Shown in pieces: positions 62,065-64,000 of a stretch of 64,000 bases of DNA. A model generated the notes under the pieces. The model did not search any database, was not told where the DNA came from, and saw only the letters and a list, made by a program, of their open reading frames with translations. The DNA is from Lama glama (lineage: Eukaryota). The stretch covers positions 93,188,001 through 93,252,000 of the forward strand of contig CM052817.1 of the NCBI GenBank assembly GCA_028534125.1. Direction: 5' to 3'. Each line of letters starts with the position of its first letter. The stretch's first letter is position 1. Made by a program: the position numbers and the translations under genes.

Positions 62065-62330
62065 CAAGTCTTTGCTCAAATGTTATCTTCCTTGAGCATC
62101 TTATTTACAATTTCAAGTCTCTCTTCCACCCCAGCATTCCATATTGTCCTTTGTGCTGTTTGTTTTCTGCCTTCTGATAAATAATTTACTAGTTTTGTTT
62201 TCTGTCTTCTTTCATTAGTAAGTTCCGGGAGGGCAAAGATTTTGTTTTTCCTTTTCTTTTTCTGTGTATATGTGTGTGTGCACTAAAAAGGTGGTGAGCA
62301 CATTGAAGACACTCACTTAAGGCATACTTG
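62065..62330 (+). mobile_element. L2 LINE 3' end
   Basis: 'tctttgctcaaatgttatcttc...gtaagttccgggagggcaaagattttgt...tgagcacattgaagacactca'. Confidence 0.75.
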
Positions 62331-62332
62331 TC

Positions 62333-62428
62333 GGGAGGAGGGTATCGCTCAGTGGTAGAGTGAGTGCTTAGCATGCACAAGGTCCTGGGTTCAATCTCCA
62401 GTGCCTAAAAAAAAAAAGAAAAAAAAAA
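62333..62428 (+). mobile_element. tRNA-Ala-derived camelid SINE (vic-1 type, short form)
   Basis: gggaggagggtatcgctcagtggtagagtgagtgcttagcatgcacaaggtcctgggttcaatctccagtgcct plus A tail; A and B boxes recognisable. Confidence 0.93.
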
Positions 62429-62759
62429 GCACATTACTGGAGGACAGTGTGAATATCAGAAATCCACATTCTTGTCTATTTGAATTAAAGCTTTCTCCTC
62501 TCCCGGTGTGGGCATACTGTAAGCAGGACGCACTCCCTCACTTCCCCTGACTAACCAGCTGCTACTTGCGGCTGGAAGAGACAGGATGTGGAGTAAGAGA
62601 ATACAACATGACTTGTGGTTGTAATTTGTCATCAGGGACTATTTCATAGTGATTGTGACAGATGCATGACTTGCTAATACTTCCCTTTGTGGGGTGATTT
62701 TGTGGGTTCTTGGGAGACTCTGCCTAGCTCAGACCCTCTCACCTCCTTGACTGAGGTGA

Positions 62760-63016
62760 TGCCTGGACCAGCAGACAGATGGTGACATTACTGAGCTTCT
62801 GCAGCCGAATGTTTTATTTGCTTTTGCTCCGTTCAGATTTTCAGCTGATTGGATGAGGCTTACCCACATTGGAAAGGGCAATCTAACGGACTCAGACAAC
62901 TGATTTAAATGTTAATCTCCTCAAGATCACCCTTAGCAAAACGTCCAATAATGTTTGACCAGATATTTGGGTACCCCAAGGCCCAGTGAAGCTGATATAT
63001 AAAGTTGACCATCATA
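62760..63016 (-). mobile_element. ERVL LTR, MLT2-like
   Basis: 'ctgattggatgaggcttacccacatt...aaatgttaatctc...ataatgtttgaccagatatttggg...ggcccagtgaagctga...accatca' = antisense MLT2 5' end. Confidence 0.85.
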
Positions 63017-63049
63017 ATGCTTTTATATATTTATTTTCTATTTACTAGA

Positions 63050-64000
63050 GTAGATTCTCTGAATTTTTGTGATTCCCACTAAAAATCTTGACTGATATAA
63101 GTACCAGTTTTATTTTAATTTTTCATCTTTCATCTTAATAATACAAGTATATTGCTATGTATTTTTCTCTGAAAAGAGCTTTGGATATGTCCAATAGATT
63201 TTTTTTTTTTTACTATAAATCGATTTTTGTAATAACCATTCCTCCTTTACAGTTTTTTGGATAATTTGTCTTTTTTAGGCTTAAATGCTTCTTTGATTCA
63301 ACCACTACCTCAAAGTTAATTTTCTAATTTTGATGTACTAAAAGCTTCCCCCCTAAAGTTTATATCCTCAGGATTAGAGAATTGGTCTGTAAGATTCATA
63401 CTTTTTAAAATTTAAAATATTGTTTCTCAGTTGGTACACAGAATTTTTAGAAGTTCAATGAACATACACAAAATATTTTTAGTCAAGCTATTTAAAGTTC
63501 TATCTATCTCTAGCAAATTTGAGAGTTATTACTTATTTCTTATTTATAAAATCTGTTCTAATTTTAAATAAATGTTTTGAAATCTCCTATTATTTTTAGT
63601 AAGTCCCCTTTGCTTTTTAAATAATTTCAATTTTATATTTGTGTAGGATTAATTCAGATTTATGCTTTTTTTTTTGTTCAGAAAATTTGCTTTTCATAGT
63701 TACTTAATTTCCCTCTCTGTTTTGGTAAGTAAATATAACCTTAAACTGTTCCATGTATGACATAAATATAGTCACTTCTGTCTCTTTTGTGGTTGCAACT
63801 ATATTTGAATAATATCTCTTTTACCATCTGTAATTTAAACTCAGACTTAATACTTTGTCCTCTATAAACGGCATAATATTTTTTCAAAATGTAAATATTA
63901 CAGTCTGCCCTATTAAAAGGAAATACTTGCTTTAACTAATTTACTTGATTTTATTCCTTTTGTTTTACTTGTATGTATCATTTATTTTACTTTATTAATT
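63050..64000 (-). mobile_element. Old L1 ORF2 fragment
   Basis: 'attgctatgtatttttctctgaaaagagctttggatatgtccaatagattt' is antisense of the NLWDAAKAVLRGKFIA region; continues into EN-domain-like text. Confidence 0.7.

Noticed and set aside
62333..62406. tRNA-Ala(AGC) gene
   Set aside because: Acceptor stem does not pair, 5' extension and poly(A) tail present, second diverged copy in the window; it is a SINE
1..64000. Protein-coding gene, operon-like cluster, CRISPR array or defence system
   Set aside because: Mammalian repeat-rich DNA; no ORF resembles a cellular protein I recognise, and there is no regularly spaced repeat-spacer array

Overview
Mammalian non-coding genomic DNA, AT-rich and CpG-depleted. 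It is almost certainly camelid: two tRNA-Ala-derived SINEs match the camelid vic-1 type and the L1 3' UTRs are artiodactyl/camelid-like. Two exactly 500-N scaffold gaps (38444-38943, 57035-57534) split it into three contigs. I find no supportable protein-coding gene, functional RNA gene or CpG-island promoter. The supplied ORFs are chance ORFs, microsatellite or gap artefacts, or decayed transposon frames (L1 ORF2, Tigger7 transposase N-terminus). Much of the window is interspersed repeats: L1 of several ages, L2, MIR, ERV1/ERVL/MaLR solo LTRs, an ERV1 internal remnant and hAT/Tigger DNA transposons. Several have readable target-site duplications and are nested. Repeat-poor stretches (about 9.6-14.8, 18.4-19.9 and 31.4-35.6 kb) carry motif clusters resembling conserved non-coding or enhancer DNA. 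I do not see evidence of a new biological system; the best leads are the enhancer-like blocks, an inverted pair of same-family LTRs, an LTR straddling an assembly gap, and two weak candidate exons. Repeat family names come from recalled consensus sequences and need RepeatMasker/Dfam confirmation; boundaries without TSDs are approximate.
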